Below are positions 41,907 to 54,869 of a DNA stretch of 64,000 nucleotides, in pieces. A program made the translations under genes and the position numbers. The stretch's first letter is position 1. Each line of letters begins with the position of its first letter. The notes beneath the pieces were generated by a model. It was not told the DNA's origin and made no database searches. It saw only the letters and a program-made list of their open reading frames with translations. The DNA lies in assembly GCF_009914755.1 (NCBI RefSeq), contig NC_060932.1; one strand, written 5' to 3'. Source of the stretch: the human T2T-CHM13v2.0 reference genome, Homo sapiens.

Positions 41907-44241
41907 TGATATGGTTTGGGTTTATGTCCCTGCCCATATCCCATTTCAAATTGTAATCCCCAATGTTGGACAAGAGGACTGGTGGGAGGTGATTGGATCA
42001 TGGAGGACAAATTTCCCCCTTGCTGTTCTTGTGATAGTGGGTGCGTTCTCATAAGATCTGGTTGTTTAAAAGTGTGTAGCACCTCCCCCTTCTCTCTCTT
42101 CCTTCTGCTCCAGACATATAGGACATGCCTGCTTCCCTTGCACCTTCTGCCATGATTGTGAGTTTCCTGAGGCCTCCTCAGCCATGCTTCCTGTGCACAC
42201 TGAGGAACCACAAGCCAATTAAACCTCTTTTCTTTATAAATTATGCAATCTCAGGTAGTTCTTTATATCAGTGCAAGAATGAACTAACACAGAAAAGTGG
42301 TACCAAGAGTAGGGTACCTGAAAATGTGGAAGAAACTTTGGAACTGGGTAATGGGCAGAGGTTGGAAGAGTGTGGAGGGCTCAGAAGAAGACAGGAGGAT
42401 GAGGGAAGGTTTGGAACTTCCTGGAGACTTGTTAAATTGTTGTGGCCAAAATGCTGATAGCGATATGGACAATGAAGTCCAGGCTGATGAGGTCTCAGAT
42501 GGAGGTGAGGAACTCATTGAGAACTAGAGCAAAGGTCACTTTTGTTAAGCATTAGCAAAGAGATTTCAGCCGTTGTGCCCATGCCCTAGAGATCTGTGGA
42601 ATTTTGAACTTGAGAGAGATGACTTAGGGTATCTGGTGGGAGAAATTTCTAAGCAGCAAAGTGTTCAAGACATGGCCTGGCTGCTTCTAACAGTGTATGC
42701 TTATATGTGTGAGCAAAGAGATGATCTAAAACTGGACTTATATTTAAATGGAAAGTAGAACATGAAAGTTTGGAAAATTTGCAGCCCAGCCATATGGTAG
42801 AATATTAAAAACCCATTTTCTGGCGAGGAATTCAAGCTGGCTGCAGAAATTTGCACAAGCAAAGAGGAGCCAAATGTTAATAGCCAAGATAATGGGGAAA
42901 ATTCCTTGAAAATTACAAAGACCTTCACTGCAGGCCCTCCCATCACAGGCCTGGAGGCCTAGTAGGGAAGAATGGTTCTGTGGGCCAGGCCCTGCTGCCC
43001 TGCTGCCCTGCACAACCTAGGGACACTGATCCCTGCATCCCAGCCACTCCAGCTCCAGCCATAGATAAAAGGGCCTAAGATACACCTTAGGCCATTGCTC
43101 CAGATGGTGCTAGTTGTAAGCCTTGGTGGCTTCCACATGGTGTTTAGCCTGCAGGTGCACAGAGGGCAAGAGTTCAGGTTTGGGAGCCTCTGCCTAGATT
43201 TCAGAGGAATGTATGGAAATGCCTGGATGTCCAGGCAGAAGTCTGCTGCAGGGGTGGAGTCCTCATGAAGACCCTCTATTATGGCAGTGCAGAGGGGAAA
43301 TGTGGGGTTGGAGCCCCCACATGGTGTCCCCACTGGGGCACTGCCTAGTAGAGCTTTGAGAAGAGGGCCACCATCCTCCAGACCCCAGAGTGGTATATCC
43401 ACTGACAGCTTTGCACCATGGAAAAGTTTTAGGCACTCAATGCCAGCCCTTGAGGTCAGCCATGGGAGCTGAGCCCTGCAAAGCCACAATGGTGGAGCTG
43501 CACAAGACATTGGTAGGCCACCCCTTGCAACAGTGTGGCCTGGATGTGAGATATGGAGTCAAAGGAGATTATTTTGGAATTTTAAGATTTAATGGCTGCC
43601 CTGCTGGGTTTCAAACTTGTGTGGGGCCTGTAGCCCTTTTGTTTTGGCTGATTTCTCCCTTTCAGAATGGCAGTATTTAGCCAGTGCCTATACTCTCATT
43701 GTATCTTGAAAGTAATTAACTTGTTTTTTTTTTTTATTTTACAGGCTCATTGGCAGAAGGGACTTGCCTTATCTGAGATTAGACTTTGGATTATGGACTT
43801 TTGAGTTAATGCTGAAATTAGTTAAAGGACATGAGATCTGGAAGGATACAGGGCAGAATGATATGATTTGGATTTGTGTCCCTCCCCAATCTCATGTCAA
43901 ATTCTAATTCCCAGTGTTAGACAAGGGGCCTTGTGGGAGGTGATTGGATCATAGGGGTAGACCTCCCATTTGCAGTTCTCAGGATAGTGAGTGAGTTCTC
44001 ATGAGATCTAGTTGTTTAAAAGTGCGTAGCACCTCCCCCTTCTTTCTCTTCCTCCTGCTCCAGAAACGTAGGATGTTCCTGCTTCCCCTTCAACTTCTGC
44101 CATGATTGTAAGTTTCCTGAAGCCTCGCCAGCCATGCTTCCTGTACAACTTGAGGAACTGTTAGCCAATTAAACCTCTGTTCTTTAGAAATTAGCCAGTC
44201 TCAGGTAGTTCTTTCTAACAATGCAAGAATGGACTAATACA
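41907..44241 (+). mobile_element. Complete MaLR element (MSTA/THE1D-type): LTR 41907-42291, internal 42292-43858, LTR 43859-44241
   Basis: Two ~385-bp direct repeats tgatatg...actaa(c/t)aca; MaLR internal motifs (ggaactgggtaatgggcagaggttggaa; gggcagaa before the 3' LTR); decayed TSD tatgt/catgg. Confidence 0.95.
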
Positions 44242-45350
44242 CATGGTTACAAACAGAGTCATTTTTTTTCTACTTAAGAATTCTCATTCCTTCTTTTCAT
44301 GCAGGCTTACTAGAAATTGACTTTCACAGTGTTTGTTTGAAAATGTCTTTATTTCATCTTCACTTGTGAAAGATAATTTTTCAGGGTAAAGCATTCTATG
44401 TTGGCATCATTTTGCTTTCAGAAATGTAAATATTCTTTCCATTGTTTTTTGTCTTCTATGTTTCCTGTTTTCCTGTTCAGAAATCAACTATCTAATTAGA
44501 GCAAAGTTTATAGTTTCATCCTTTTGGGCTTGGTTGTTTTTCAAATTTTCTTTTCCTTGGTTTTCAGCAGGCTTATTTTGAAGCATCTCAATGTGCTTTT
44601 CTTGCATTTGTTTTGCTTGGAATTCATATGGATTTGTGTATGTATGGTTTGATATCATTAATCAATTTGGGGAAATTCTCAATGATTTTCGATTCATATA
44701 TTGTTTGTCCATTTTTTTTCTTTTAAAACTATAAATCTACATATGTTTGGTACTTTTATTGCCTCATAAATTGTTTATGCCCACTCTTTCTTTCTTTCTC
44801 TTTCTTTCCTTCTTTCTCTTTCTTTCTTGCCTTCTTTTTCTTTTCTCTTTCTCTTTCTTTTCTTTTTCTTTCTCTCTCTCTCTTCCTTCCTTCATCTTTG
44901 CTTTCTTCCTTCCTTCTTTCTTTCCTTTCCTCTTTTCTCCTTCTTTCCTTTCTATCTTTTTTGTTTATTTCTCTCTATGCTTAATCTGGACTTTTCTACT
45001 TTAGATTTTCCAGTTTAGTAATAATCTCTTCAGCTATGTTCAATCTGTTACAGTTTCCATTTAATTCTTTGTTTTTTAAATAGATCTCAGATTTGGTGAA
45101 AGTTCCCATATTGTCATCTATTTCCTTTAACATATTAATCACAGTTACTTTAAAGCTTATGTCTGACTAACTCCAATTTTGTATCACCTGTAGTTTTGTT
45201 CCTATGATTTATTTTTCTCTTTGTCTTATTTTTGATAGAAATTATACTTTTTGATTGAATGCTGGATATTATATATGAAAAACTATAAGCACTTCCATTC
45301 ATGTTATTTTCCTCCAGAGAAGATTCACTCAATCATATATGGCAGATAGC
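44242..45350 (-). mobile_element. Old L1M fragment
   Basis: tttgtttgaaaatgtctttatttcatcttcac...aatttggggaaattctca, T-rich antisense L1M. Confidence 0.7.
44785..44960. repeat. Pyrimidine-rich (CT/CTTT) low-complexity tract
   Basis: Directly visible. Confidence 0.93.
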
Positions 45351-45361
45351 GAAAATAGGAC

Positions 45362-46140
45362 ATGTCTCCATTAACTATTGCTGCGTAACAACATTACCCA
45401 GAGTTAATTGCATTAAAAAAAAATCATAATCCCAGCACTTTGGGAGGCCGAGGCAGGAGGATCACTTGAACCCAGGAGTTCAAGACCAGCCTGGGCAATG
45501 TAGTGAAACCCCATCTCTACAAAACATGCAAATATTAGCTGGGAGTGGTGGCGTATGCCTGTAGTTCCAGCTACTTCGGGGGCTGAAGTGAGAGGATCAC
45601 TTGAGTCCAGGCTGTCAAGGCTGCAGTGAGCCAAGATTGTGCCACTGCACTCCAGCCTGGGCAACAAGAGTGAAACTCTGTCTCAAAAACAAAACAAAAC
45701 TAAGCACTTATCAAGCTTGTGATTCTGTGGGTTAGGAATTCAGGCAGGATCCAGCAGGGATACCTCAGCTCTGCTCCATGTTGTCTATAGTCACAGCTGG
45801 GGTGATTCAAATGGCTGAAGACAATTGGGACAACTTAAATAAAGCCCTATGTATGGAGCCTCTGTTTTTGTCCACATGGTGTCTCCTGTGGAGCTAGCTC
45901 CTTTACTCACATATTTATTCCCTGGGCTGGGATGGCTGGAACAGATGAGAGTTGGCTAGACTCACTTTCAACACATTGTGGTCTTAAGGTAGTATGACTT
46001 CTTCATGACAAGTGGCTTCCCACAGAGTGGGCATGTCAGTAGAGAACTTTCCAAAAGGCCTAAGTGAAAGCAGCAACGCTTCTTATAGTCTTAGTCTCAG
46101 AAATCACACAAGGTCACTTTCAGGGCATATTTATACATAT
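45362..46140 (-). mobile_element. MLT1 LTR interrupted by an AluJ
   Basis: ctattgctgcgtaacaa...ttctgtgggttaggaattcaggcagg...tagtctcagaaatcacaca. Confidence 0.75.
45427..45700 (+). mobile_element. AluJ, 5' truncated
   Basis: gaggatcacttgaacccaggagttc, aaggctgcagtgagcc; (AAAAC)n tail. Confidence 0.95.
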
Positions 46141-47111
46141 GGCAGATTCGGGGAATGAACATCAAAAGAGGAAAAAACATAGTGAAGTAGATCATGTCAT
46201 TCTAATTAACAAATTCAAGGTGGCATTTCAGACTTTGAAAGTTTAGGCAATTTCTGTTTGCCTCCAGTCCTAGAGTTAGCCCTTCAGGGGTCACGACTGA
46301 GTCCAAGGTACTTAGAACTTTTCTTCCTTTGTGGCTGTTAGATTACCATTTGTGTCTCCTTACTACTGGAAAGCTGATGAAACTCCTTTTGACTTTTATC
46401 CTATGACTTTTACTCAAAATCTAGGACATTTTCCCTTCTCTCCAAAATCTTCTTCCCAGAATCTTGATTTCTCAAGTCATGTCTGCTTTTGTTGTCACAA
46501 ATCTAATTTTTATCTCTTCAGCATCATGAGATTCCCAAGGGCTCTGCTGGATTCTCTGTCTCTTGTGTCATTTCTCTGTTCAGCTTCTCAGCCACTCATC
46601 TAACAAAGCTTATCAATAGGCAAATACCCCATGGATAAATTAGGGGACAGAACATTGTGCTTGCCTCATTAAGTTCCCTTTTCCTCTCAATACGTGCCTC
46701 AAGTTCTGCATACCTTGAAAGCTTCCCCACTTATACAAACATATTTTTTGTGCCTTTCTAATTGTTCTTGACAGTAGGTTTGGTCTACTACAAGTGACAC
46801 CACCATCATCAGAAGTAGAAGTCCATAGCCTTTTATTTGAATGATTTTCACTGGCTCACCACTCACAATAGCTCATGTACTGTTTCTGATTATCATATTC
46901 TCTAACTTTGTGACGTATTTTCACCATATGGAATCTTCTTGTTTTTTTTTACCCAGCTTTCATGGGGATGATGATATCCCTGATCCCCCAGGACCATAAT
47001 GTCCCTTGTCCTTGATGCAGACACTGTCTATATTTCTTTTAGATTCCCCCAAATAAATACCCACTCAGAAGATATCTAGTCACAAGCCTTTGGTTAAACT
47101 AGAGCTAGACC

Positions 47112-47409
47112 TTTTTTTTTTTTTTTTTTTTTCTGAGACAGAGTCTTGCTCTGTCGCCCAGGCTGGAGTGCAGTAGCTCAATCTCAGCTCACTGCAAACT
47201 CCATCTCCCGGACTGTTCAAGCAATTCCCTGCCTCAGCCTCCCCAGTAGCTTGGCACCACGCCCAGCTAATTTTTGTATTTTTAGTACAGACTAGGATTC
47301 CCCATCTTGGCCAGGATGATCTTGAACTTCTGACCTCGCAATCCACCCGCCTGGGATTACAGGCGTGAGCCACTGCTGGGATTACACGCATGAGCCACTG
47401 CGCCCGGCC
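47112..47409 (-). mobile_element. AluS with an internal 25-bp tandem duplication and deletions
   Basis: Antisense Alu; TSD agctagac at 47103 and 47411. Confidence 0.95.
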
Positions 47410-50400
47410 AAGCTAGACTTTAATAGCTTACCCTAGTCTATACAGCAGAACCAGGGTATAAGCCACATCATGTCTTTCACATCCCACTTATGGTAGAATA
47501 ATATACTGAAACATGTTCCAGACCTATTTACAAAGCTGTTGTGTGTTCTCATACTCTGATTCATAATGTATTACATGACTTTAAGGTTGCTGCTTTGCAT
47601 ACCCATTACCAAAATAGAAAAAATCTAACTTAATAATAATAAATCGGTTTTTAAAAAATACCATCTATACTCATTCCTTCTTCCCTCCAGAGTACAGTAA
47701 TTTTTACAGCAGGCTGCTAAATATATCAAGGGATAAACCACCACTCATCTGGTGGTATAAAGAAGAAAGTGAATATTAAAAACAAAAATGGCAAAAAGGG
47801 CCTCAGCTTCCTGCTTCACCTGTTAGTTTTCTTTCCTGAGCACTGAGCTTGCCAAGATTGATGTCAGATGCAGCCTCAAACTCCCCTGCATTAACAGAAA
47901 GCATTAGGTTCTCAGGTGAGAAAGTTTTTCTTTAGTGACAACTCTTGCAGACAAATCCAGTTAATATGCCTGTGTGTGCATGTGCACATGCACACACATT
48001 CATGTATACTAACAGCTTGATAGATGAGAAATGGCTTTCTGATGATTTTTAAATCAATTTTTATAGTTTAAGGGCTTTTTTTCCAGAAGAGGAGAAAACT
48101 TTATTTAGGTAGTCAAGTGTTTGAACTTGCTGACAGGCACTTCGCAAATAATTTTTGAGTGAATGAATGAATGTGAATAATTGAATGACTAGTGGACTCT
48201 TGCATTCCTTCTTCAATAAAAACCAAAAGCAAAGCAAAGCAAAACACAACAAACACAGAAATCCAGTTCTCCTAAGACTAGCACAAAAGGAGATCTGCTA
48301 CTTGGGGAGCATGATAAGGTAGACTATCCATTTTAACTTTCTGCTCTAGATTTCTCACAGCACAGGAAAAACAAGGGCCTGTATGTTAAAAAGTTATTTT
48401 ACTAAAGTTGGGGGATAACAAAAAGAAAAACAAAAGAAGCATGAGATCATCTATTCTGTTTGGCAAGACACAATGTTCTCTGTGTTCAAAAATTGAGTTC
48501 TTAAGAATCACAATAAAATGATACAGGAGCTGACAGATAAAATAGCCTGTATAAAAAAGAACCTAACAAAACTGACAGAACTGAAAAACACACTACAAGA
48601 ATTTCACAATGCAATCACAGGTATTAACAGTAGAACAGACCAAGCTGAAGAAAGAATCTTGGAACTTGAAGAATGACTCTAAAATAAGGGAGTCAGAAAA
48701 AAATAAAGAAAAAAGAATGGAAAGGAATGAACAAAACTTCAAGAAATATGGGATTATATAAAAATGTCAAATCAACAAATCACTGGAATCCCTGAAAGGA
48801 ACAGGGAAAAACCAAACAACTTGGAAAATATATTTCAGTATATCATCTGTGAAAACTTCCCCAACCTCACTGGAGTGGCCAACAGTCAAATTCAGGAAAT
48901 CCAGAGAACCCCTGCAACATTCTATACAAGAAGATCATCCCCAAGACACAAATTCATCAGATTTTCCAAGGTCAAAATGAAAGAAAGGATGTTAAAGGTA
49001 ACCAGAGAGAATGCACAGTGGTCACCTACAAACAGAATCCCATCAGGCTAAGAGCAGACCTCTCAGCAGGGACCCTACAAGCCAGAAGAGATGGGGGATC
49101 TATATTCAACATTCAAGAAAAAAAAATCTTTAACCAAGAATTTCATATCTAGCCAAACTAAGCTTCCTTAGCAAAGGTGGAATAAGATTCTTTTCAGATA
49201 AGCAAATGCTGGGGGAGTTCATTAACCCCACACCCACCTTACAAGAGATCTTGAAAGGAGCACTAAATATGGAAAGGAAAGATCATTAACAGCCAATACA
49301 AAAACACATTTAAGTATACAGAGCAGTGATACTATAAAGCAACCACACAGTAATAACCAGCTAACAACACAATGACAGTATAAAATTCTCACATATCAAT
49401 GCTAACTTTGCAAATATGTTAAATGCCCCATTAAAAAGACATAAAGTGGCAAGCTGGATAAAGAAGCAAGATTGAATGGTATGCTGTCTTCAAGAGATCC
49501 ATCTTACAAGCAATGACAGCCATAGGCTCAAAATAAATGGATGAAGGAAAATCTACCAAGCAAATGGAAATCAGAAAAAGCAAGGGTTGCAATCTTAATT
49601 TCAGACAAAACAGACTTTAAACCAACAAAGGTCAAAAAAGACAAGGCCATTACATAATGGAAAAGGTTCAATTCAATGAAAAGAACTAACTATCCTAAAC
49701 ATATATGCAACCACCAAGGAGCACACAGATTCATAAAGCAAGTTCTTAAAGACCTACAAAGAGACTTAGACTCCCACACAATAATAGTGAGAGAATTCAA
49801 CCCTCCACTGACAGTATTAGACAATGTTAAGCAGATCATCAAGGCAGAAAATTAATAAAGATATTCTGGACCTGACATCAACATTGGATCAAATGTATCT
49901 GATAGATGTCTACCAAACTCTCCATGCCAAAACAACAAAATATACATTCTTCTCATCACCACATGGCACATACCCTAAAACTGACCACACAATCAAACAT
50001 AAAACAATCCTCAGCAAATGCAAAAGAATTGAAATTATACTAAGCACACTCTCAGACTACAGCACAATAAAAATAGAAGTTAAGTCTTAAAAAAATCACT
50101 CAGAACCATGCAATTACATGGAAATTAAACAACCTGCTCCAGAATAACTTTTGGGTCGATAATGAAATTAAGGCAGAAATCAAGAAGTTCTTTGAAACTA
50201 CCGAGAATAAAGATACAACATACCAAAATCTCCAGAACACAGTTAAGGCAGTGTTAAGAGGGAAATGTATAGCACTAAATGGCTCCATCAAAAAGTTAGA
50301 AAAAGCTCAAATTAATGACCTAATATCACGACTAAAAGAACTAGAGAAGCAAGATCAAACCAACTCCAAAGCTAGCAGAGCACAAGAAACCACCAAAATC

Positions 50401-51297
50401 CACGCTGAACTGAAGGAGATTGAGACACAAAAAACCATTCAAAAGATCAATGAATCCAGGATTTAATTTTTTGCAAAAAAAAAAAAAAAAAAAAAGATAG
50501 GCCACTAGCTACACTAATAAAGAAGAAAAGAGGGAAGATCCAAGTAAACTCAGTTAGAAAAGGCCAAGAGCATGTTACCACTGACCCCACAGAAATACAA
50601 ACAACCATCAGAGACAACTACAAACACCTCTATACACACAAACTATTAATAGAAAACCTAGAAGAGATAGATAAATTCCTGGACACGTACACCCTCCCAA
50701 AACTGAATCAGGGAGGAATTGGTTCCCTGAACAGGCCAATAATGAGCTCTGAAATTGAATCAATAATGAATATCTTACCAATCAAAAAGAGCCCAGAGTC
50801 AGAAGGATTCACAGCTGAATTCTACCAGATGTACAAAGAAAAGCTGTTATCATTCCTACTGAAACTCTTCCAAAAGAATTGAGGAAGAAGGACTCCTCCC
50901 CTACCCATTCTACGAGGCCAGCATCATCCTGATACCAAAACCTGGCAGAGACACAACAAAAAAATAAAACTTCAGGCCAATACAATATCCTTGATGAACA
51001 CTGATGCAAAAATCCTCAAGAAAATCTTGTAAACCAAATCCAGCAGCACCTCAAAAAGCTAACCCATCACAATCAAGTAGGTTTTATTCCTGGGATGCAA
51101 GGTTGGTTCAACACACACATATCAATAAATGTGATTCATCACATAAACAGAACAAAAGACAAAAAACACATGATTATCTCAATAGATGCAGAAAAGTCTT
51201 TTGATAACATTCAACATCCCTTTATGTTAAAAACTCAATAGATTGGGTACTAAAGGAACATACCTCAAAATAATAAGAGCCATCTATGACAAATCCA

Positions 51298-52773
51298 GGC
51301 TGGGCACAGTGGCTCACGCCTGTAATCCCAACACTTCAGGAGGTCAAGGCAGGCAGATCACTTGAAGAGTTTGAGATCGGTATAGCCAACATGGTGAAAC
51401 CCAATCTATACTGAAAATACAAAAATTAGCCAGGTGTGCCCTCTCCCTCTCCCTCTCCCTCTCCCTCTCCAGGTGTGCCCTCTCCCTTTCCCTCTCCCTC
51501 TCCCTCTCCCCTTTGCACGGTCTCCCTCTGATGCCGAGCCAAGGCTGGACTGCACTGCCGCCATCTCAGCTCACTGCAACCTCCCTGCCTGATTCTCCTG
51601 CCTCAGCCTGCCCAGTGCCTGGGACTGCAGGCGCGCGCCGCCACGCCTGACTGGTTTTTGTATTTTTTGGTGAAGACAGGGTTTCGCCGTGTTGGCCAGG
51701 CTGGTTTCCAGCTCCTGACCACGAGTGATCTGCCTCGGGCTCCCAAGGTGCTGGGACTGCAGACGTAGTCTTGCTCACTCAGTGCTCAATGTTGCCCAGG
51801 CTGGAGTGCAGTGGCGTGATCTCGGCTCGCTACAACCTCCACCTCCCAGCCGCCTGCCTTGGCCTCCCAAAGTGCCGAGATTGCAGCCTCTTCCCGGTCG
51901 TCATCCTGTCTAGGAAGTGATGAGCGTCTCTGCCCGGCTGCCCATCGTCTGGGATGTGGGGAGCGCCTCTGCCCCGCTGCCCCATCTGGGATGTGAGGAG
52001 CGCCTCTGCCCGGCCGCGACCCCGTCTGGGAACTGAGGAGTGCCTCTGCCCGGCGGCGACCCTGTCTGGGAACTGAGGAGTGTCTCTGCCCCGCCGCCAC
52101 CCGGTCTGGGAGGTGAGGAGCGTCTCTGACCAGCCGCCCCGTCTGAGAAGTGAGGAGCCCCTCCGCCCGGCAGCCACCCAGTCTGAGAAGTGAGGAGCCC
52201 CTCTGCCCCGCAGCCGCCCCGCCTGGGAAGTGAGGAGCGTCTCCGCCCAGCAGCCGCCCCGTCCGGGAGGTGTACCCAACAGCTCATTGAGAACGGGCCA
52301 TGATGACGATGGTGGTTTTGTCGAATAGAAAGGAGGGAAATGTGGGGAAAAGAAAGAGAGATCGGACTGTTACTGTGTCTGTGTGGAAAGAAGTAGACAT
52401 AGGAGACTCCATTTTGTTCTGTACTAAGAAAAATTCTTTTGCCTTGGGATGCTGTTAATCTATAACCTTGCCCCCAACCCTGTGCTCTCTGAAACATGTG
52501 CTGTGTCCACTAAGGGTTAAATGGATTAAGGGCGGTGCAAGATGTGCTTTGTTAAACAGATGCTTGAAGGCACCATGCTCGTTAAGAGTCATCACCACTC
52601 CCTAATCTCAAGTACCCAGGGACACAAACACTGCGGAAGGCGGCAGGGCCCTCTGCCTAGGAAAACCAGAGATCTTTGTTCACATGTTTATCTGCTGACC
52701 TTCCCTCCACTATCGTCCTATGACCCTGCCAAATCCCCCTCTCCGAGAAACACCCAAGAATGATCAATAAATA

Positions 52774-52817
<44 letters not shown>

Positions 52818-52962
52818 CCAGGTGTGATGGTGCAACCCTGTAATCCCAGCTAGTCGGGAGGCTGAGGTAGGAGAATCACTTGAACCCAGGAGCTGGAGGT
52901 TGTGGTGAGCCATGCACTCCAGCTTGGGCGACAGAGTGAGACTACATCAAAAAAAAAAAAAA
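51298..52962 (+). mobile_element. AluS split by the SVA (left part 51298-51438, right part 52827-52962)
   Basis: ggctgggcacagtggctcacgcc...aaaattagccaggtgtg resumes after the SVA as atggtgcaaccctgtaatcccagc; degenerate TSD acaaa(t/c)cca. Confidence 0.93.
51439..52813 (+). mobile_element. Full-length SVA, older subfamily (SVA_B- or SVA_A-like)
   Basis: (CCCTCT)n, antisense Alu-like domain, short GC-rich VNTR about 51890-52270, SINE-R, AATAAA at 52766, A tail 52776-52813; TSD aaatt(a/t)gccaggtgtg. Confidence 0.98.
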
Positions 52963-53279
52963 TTCTGAAAACAAACCCACAGCCAACATCATACTGAATG
53001 GGCAAAGGATGGAAGCATTCCCCTTGAAAACAAAAACAAGCACAAGACAAGGATGCCCTCTCTCACCACTCCTATTTAACACAGTATTGAAGTCCAGGCC
53101 AGAACAATCAGGCAAGATAAAGAAATAAAGAGTATTTAAATAGGATGAGGGGAAGTAAAACTATCCCTGTTTTCATACAACTTGATTCTATATGTAGAAA
53201 ACCCCATAGCGTCAGCCGAAATGCCTGTTCAGCTAATAAAAAACTGCAGAGAAGTTTGAGGATATAAAATCATTGTACA

Positions 53280-53857
53280 GTGGCAGTTCCTCAGGTATCT
53301 AGAACTAGAAATACCATTTGACCCAGCCATCCCATTACTGGGTATATACCCAAAGGATTATAAATCATGCTGCTATAAAGACACATGCACACGTATGTTT
53401 ATTGTGGCACTATTCACAATAGCAAAGACTTGGAACCAACCCAAATGTCCATCAATGATAGACTGGATTAAGAAAATGTGGCACATATACACTGTGGAAT
53501 ACTATGCAGCCATAAAAAATGGTGAGTTCATGTCCTTTGTAGGGACATGGATGAAGCTGGAAACCATCATTCTCAGCAAACTATCGCAAGGACAAAAAAC
53601 CAAACACTGCATGTTCTCACTCATAGGTGGGAATTGAACAATGAGAACACATGGACACAGGAAGGGGAACATCACACACCGGGACCTGTTGTGGGGTGGG
53701 GGGAAGGGGGAGGGATAGGATTTGGAGATATACCTAATGTTAAATGACGAGTTAATGGGTGCAGCACACCAACATGGCACATGTATACATATGTAACTAA
53801 CCTGCACGTTGTGCACATGTACCCTAAAACTTAAAGTATAATAAAAAAATTTAAAAA
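53280..53857 (+). mobile_element. L1PA3-like 3' fragment nested in the older L1
   Basis: atctagaactagaaataccatttgacccagcc...cctaatgttaaatgacgag...taaaacttaaagtataat; TSD ataaaatca(t/c)tgt(a/g)ca at 53264 and 53858. Confidence 0.95.
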
Positions 53858-54869
53858 ATAAAATCACTGTGCAAAAATCACTAGCATTTGGGTATACCAA
53901 CAACAGCCAATCTCAGAGCCAAATCAGGAACGCAATCCCATTCACAATTGCCACAAAAAGAATAAAATACCTAGGAATGCAGCTAACTAGGGAGATGAAA
54001 GATTTCTATAAGGAGAACTACAAAACACTGTTCAAAGAAATCAGAGATGACACAAACAAATGGGAAAACATTCCATGCTCATGGATAGGAAGAATCAATA
54101 GCATTAAAATGACCATACTGCCCAAAGCAATTTACAGATTCCATGCTATTCCTATCAAACTACCAATGACATTCTTTACAGAACTTGAAGGAACTACTTA
54201 AAAATTCATATGAAACCAAAAAAGAGCCCAAATAGCCAAGGCAATCCTAAGCAAAAGGAATACCATGTTAACTGGCTTTAAACTATACTACAGGACTACA
54301 GTAACCAAAATCATGGTAGTTGTACAAAAACAGACACATAGACCAATGGAACAGAATAGAGAACGCAGAAATAATGCCACACACCTATAACCATCTGATC
54401 TTCAGCAAAGCTGACAAAGACAAGCAATGGGGAAAGGACTCTGTAGTCAGTAGGTGGTGCTGGGATAACAAGCTAGTCATATATAGAAGATTGAAACTAA
54501 AACTCTACTTTCCACCATATACAAAAATCAATTCAAGATGGACTAAAGACTTAAATTTTAAAATGCAAAACTATAAAAACCCTAGATGAAAACCTAGGAA
54601 ATAGCATTCTGGACATTAGCCCTGAAAAGACTTCATGACGAAGACTCCAAAAGCACTCACAACAAAAGCAACAATTGAAAAAAGGGGTCTAATTAAACTA
54701 AAGTGCTTCTGCAGAGCAAAATAAACTATCAATATAGTAAACAACCTACAGAATGGGAGAAAATATTTGCAGATTTTATATCGGACAAAGGTCTAATATC
54801 TACCATCTATAAGGAATTTAACAAATTTTCCAGAAAAAAACAAACAACTCCATTAAAAAGTGGGCCAAG

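Noticed and set aside
42125-43680. Cluster of 60-180 aa ORFs
   Set aside because: Lie in the decayed MaLR internal region; no continuous frame.
51890-52270. Regularly spaced ~40-bp repeats resembling a CRISPR array
   Set aside because: SVA VNTR: tandem units without unique spacers, in primate DNA.
51566-52763. GC-rich overlapping ORFs and apparent CpG island
   Set aside because: Fully explained by the SVA Alu-like, VNTR and SINE-R domains.
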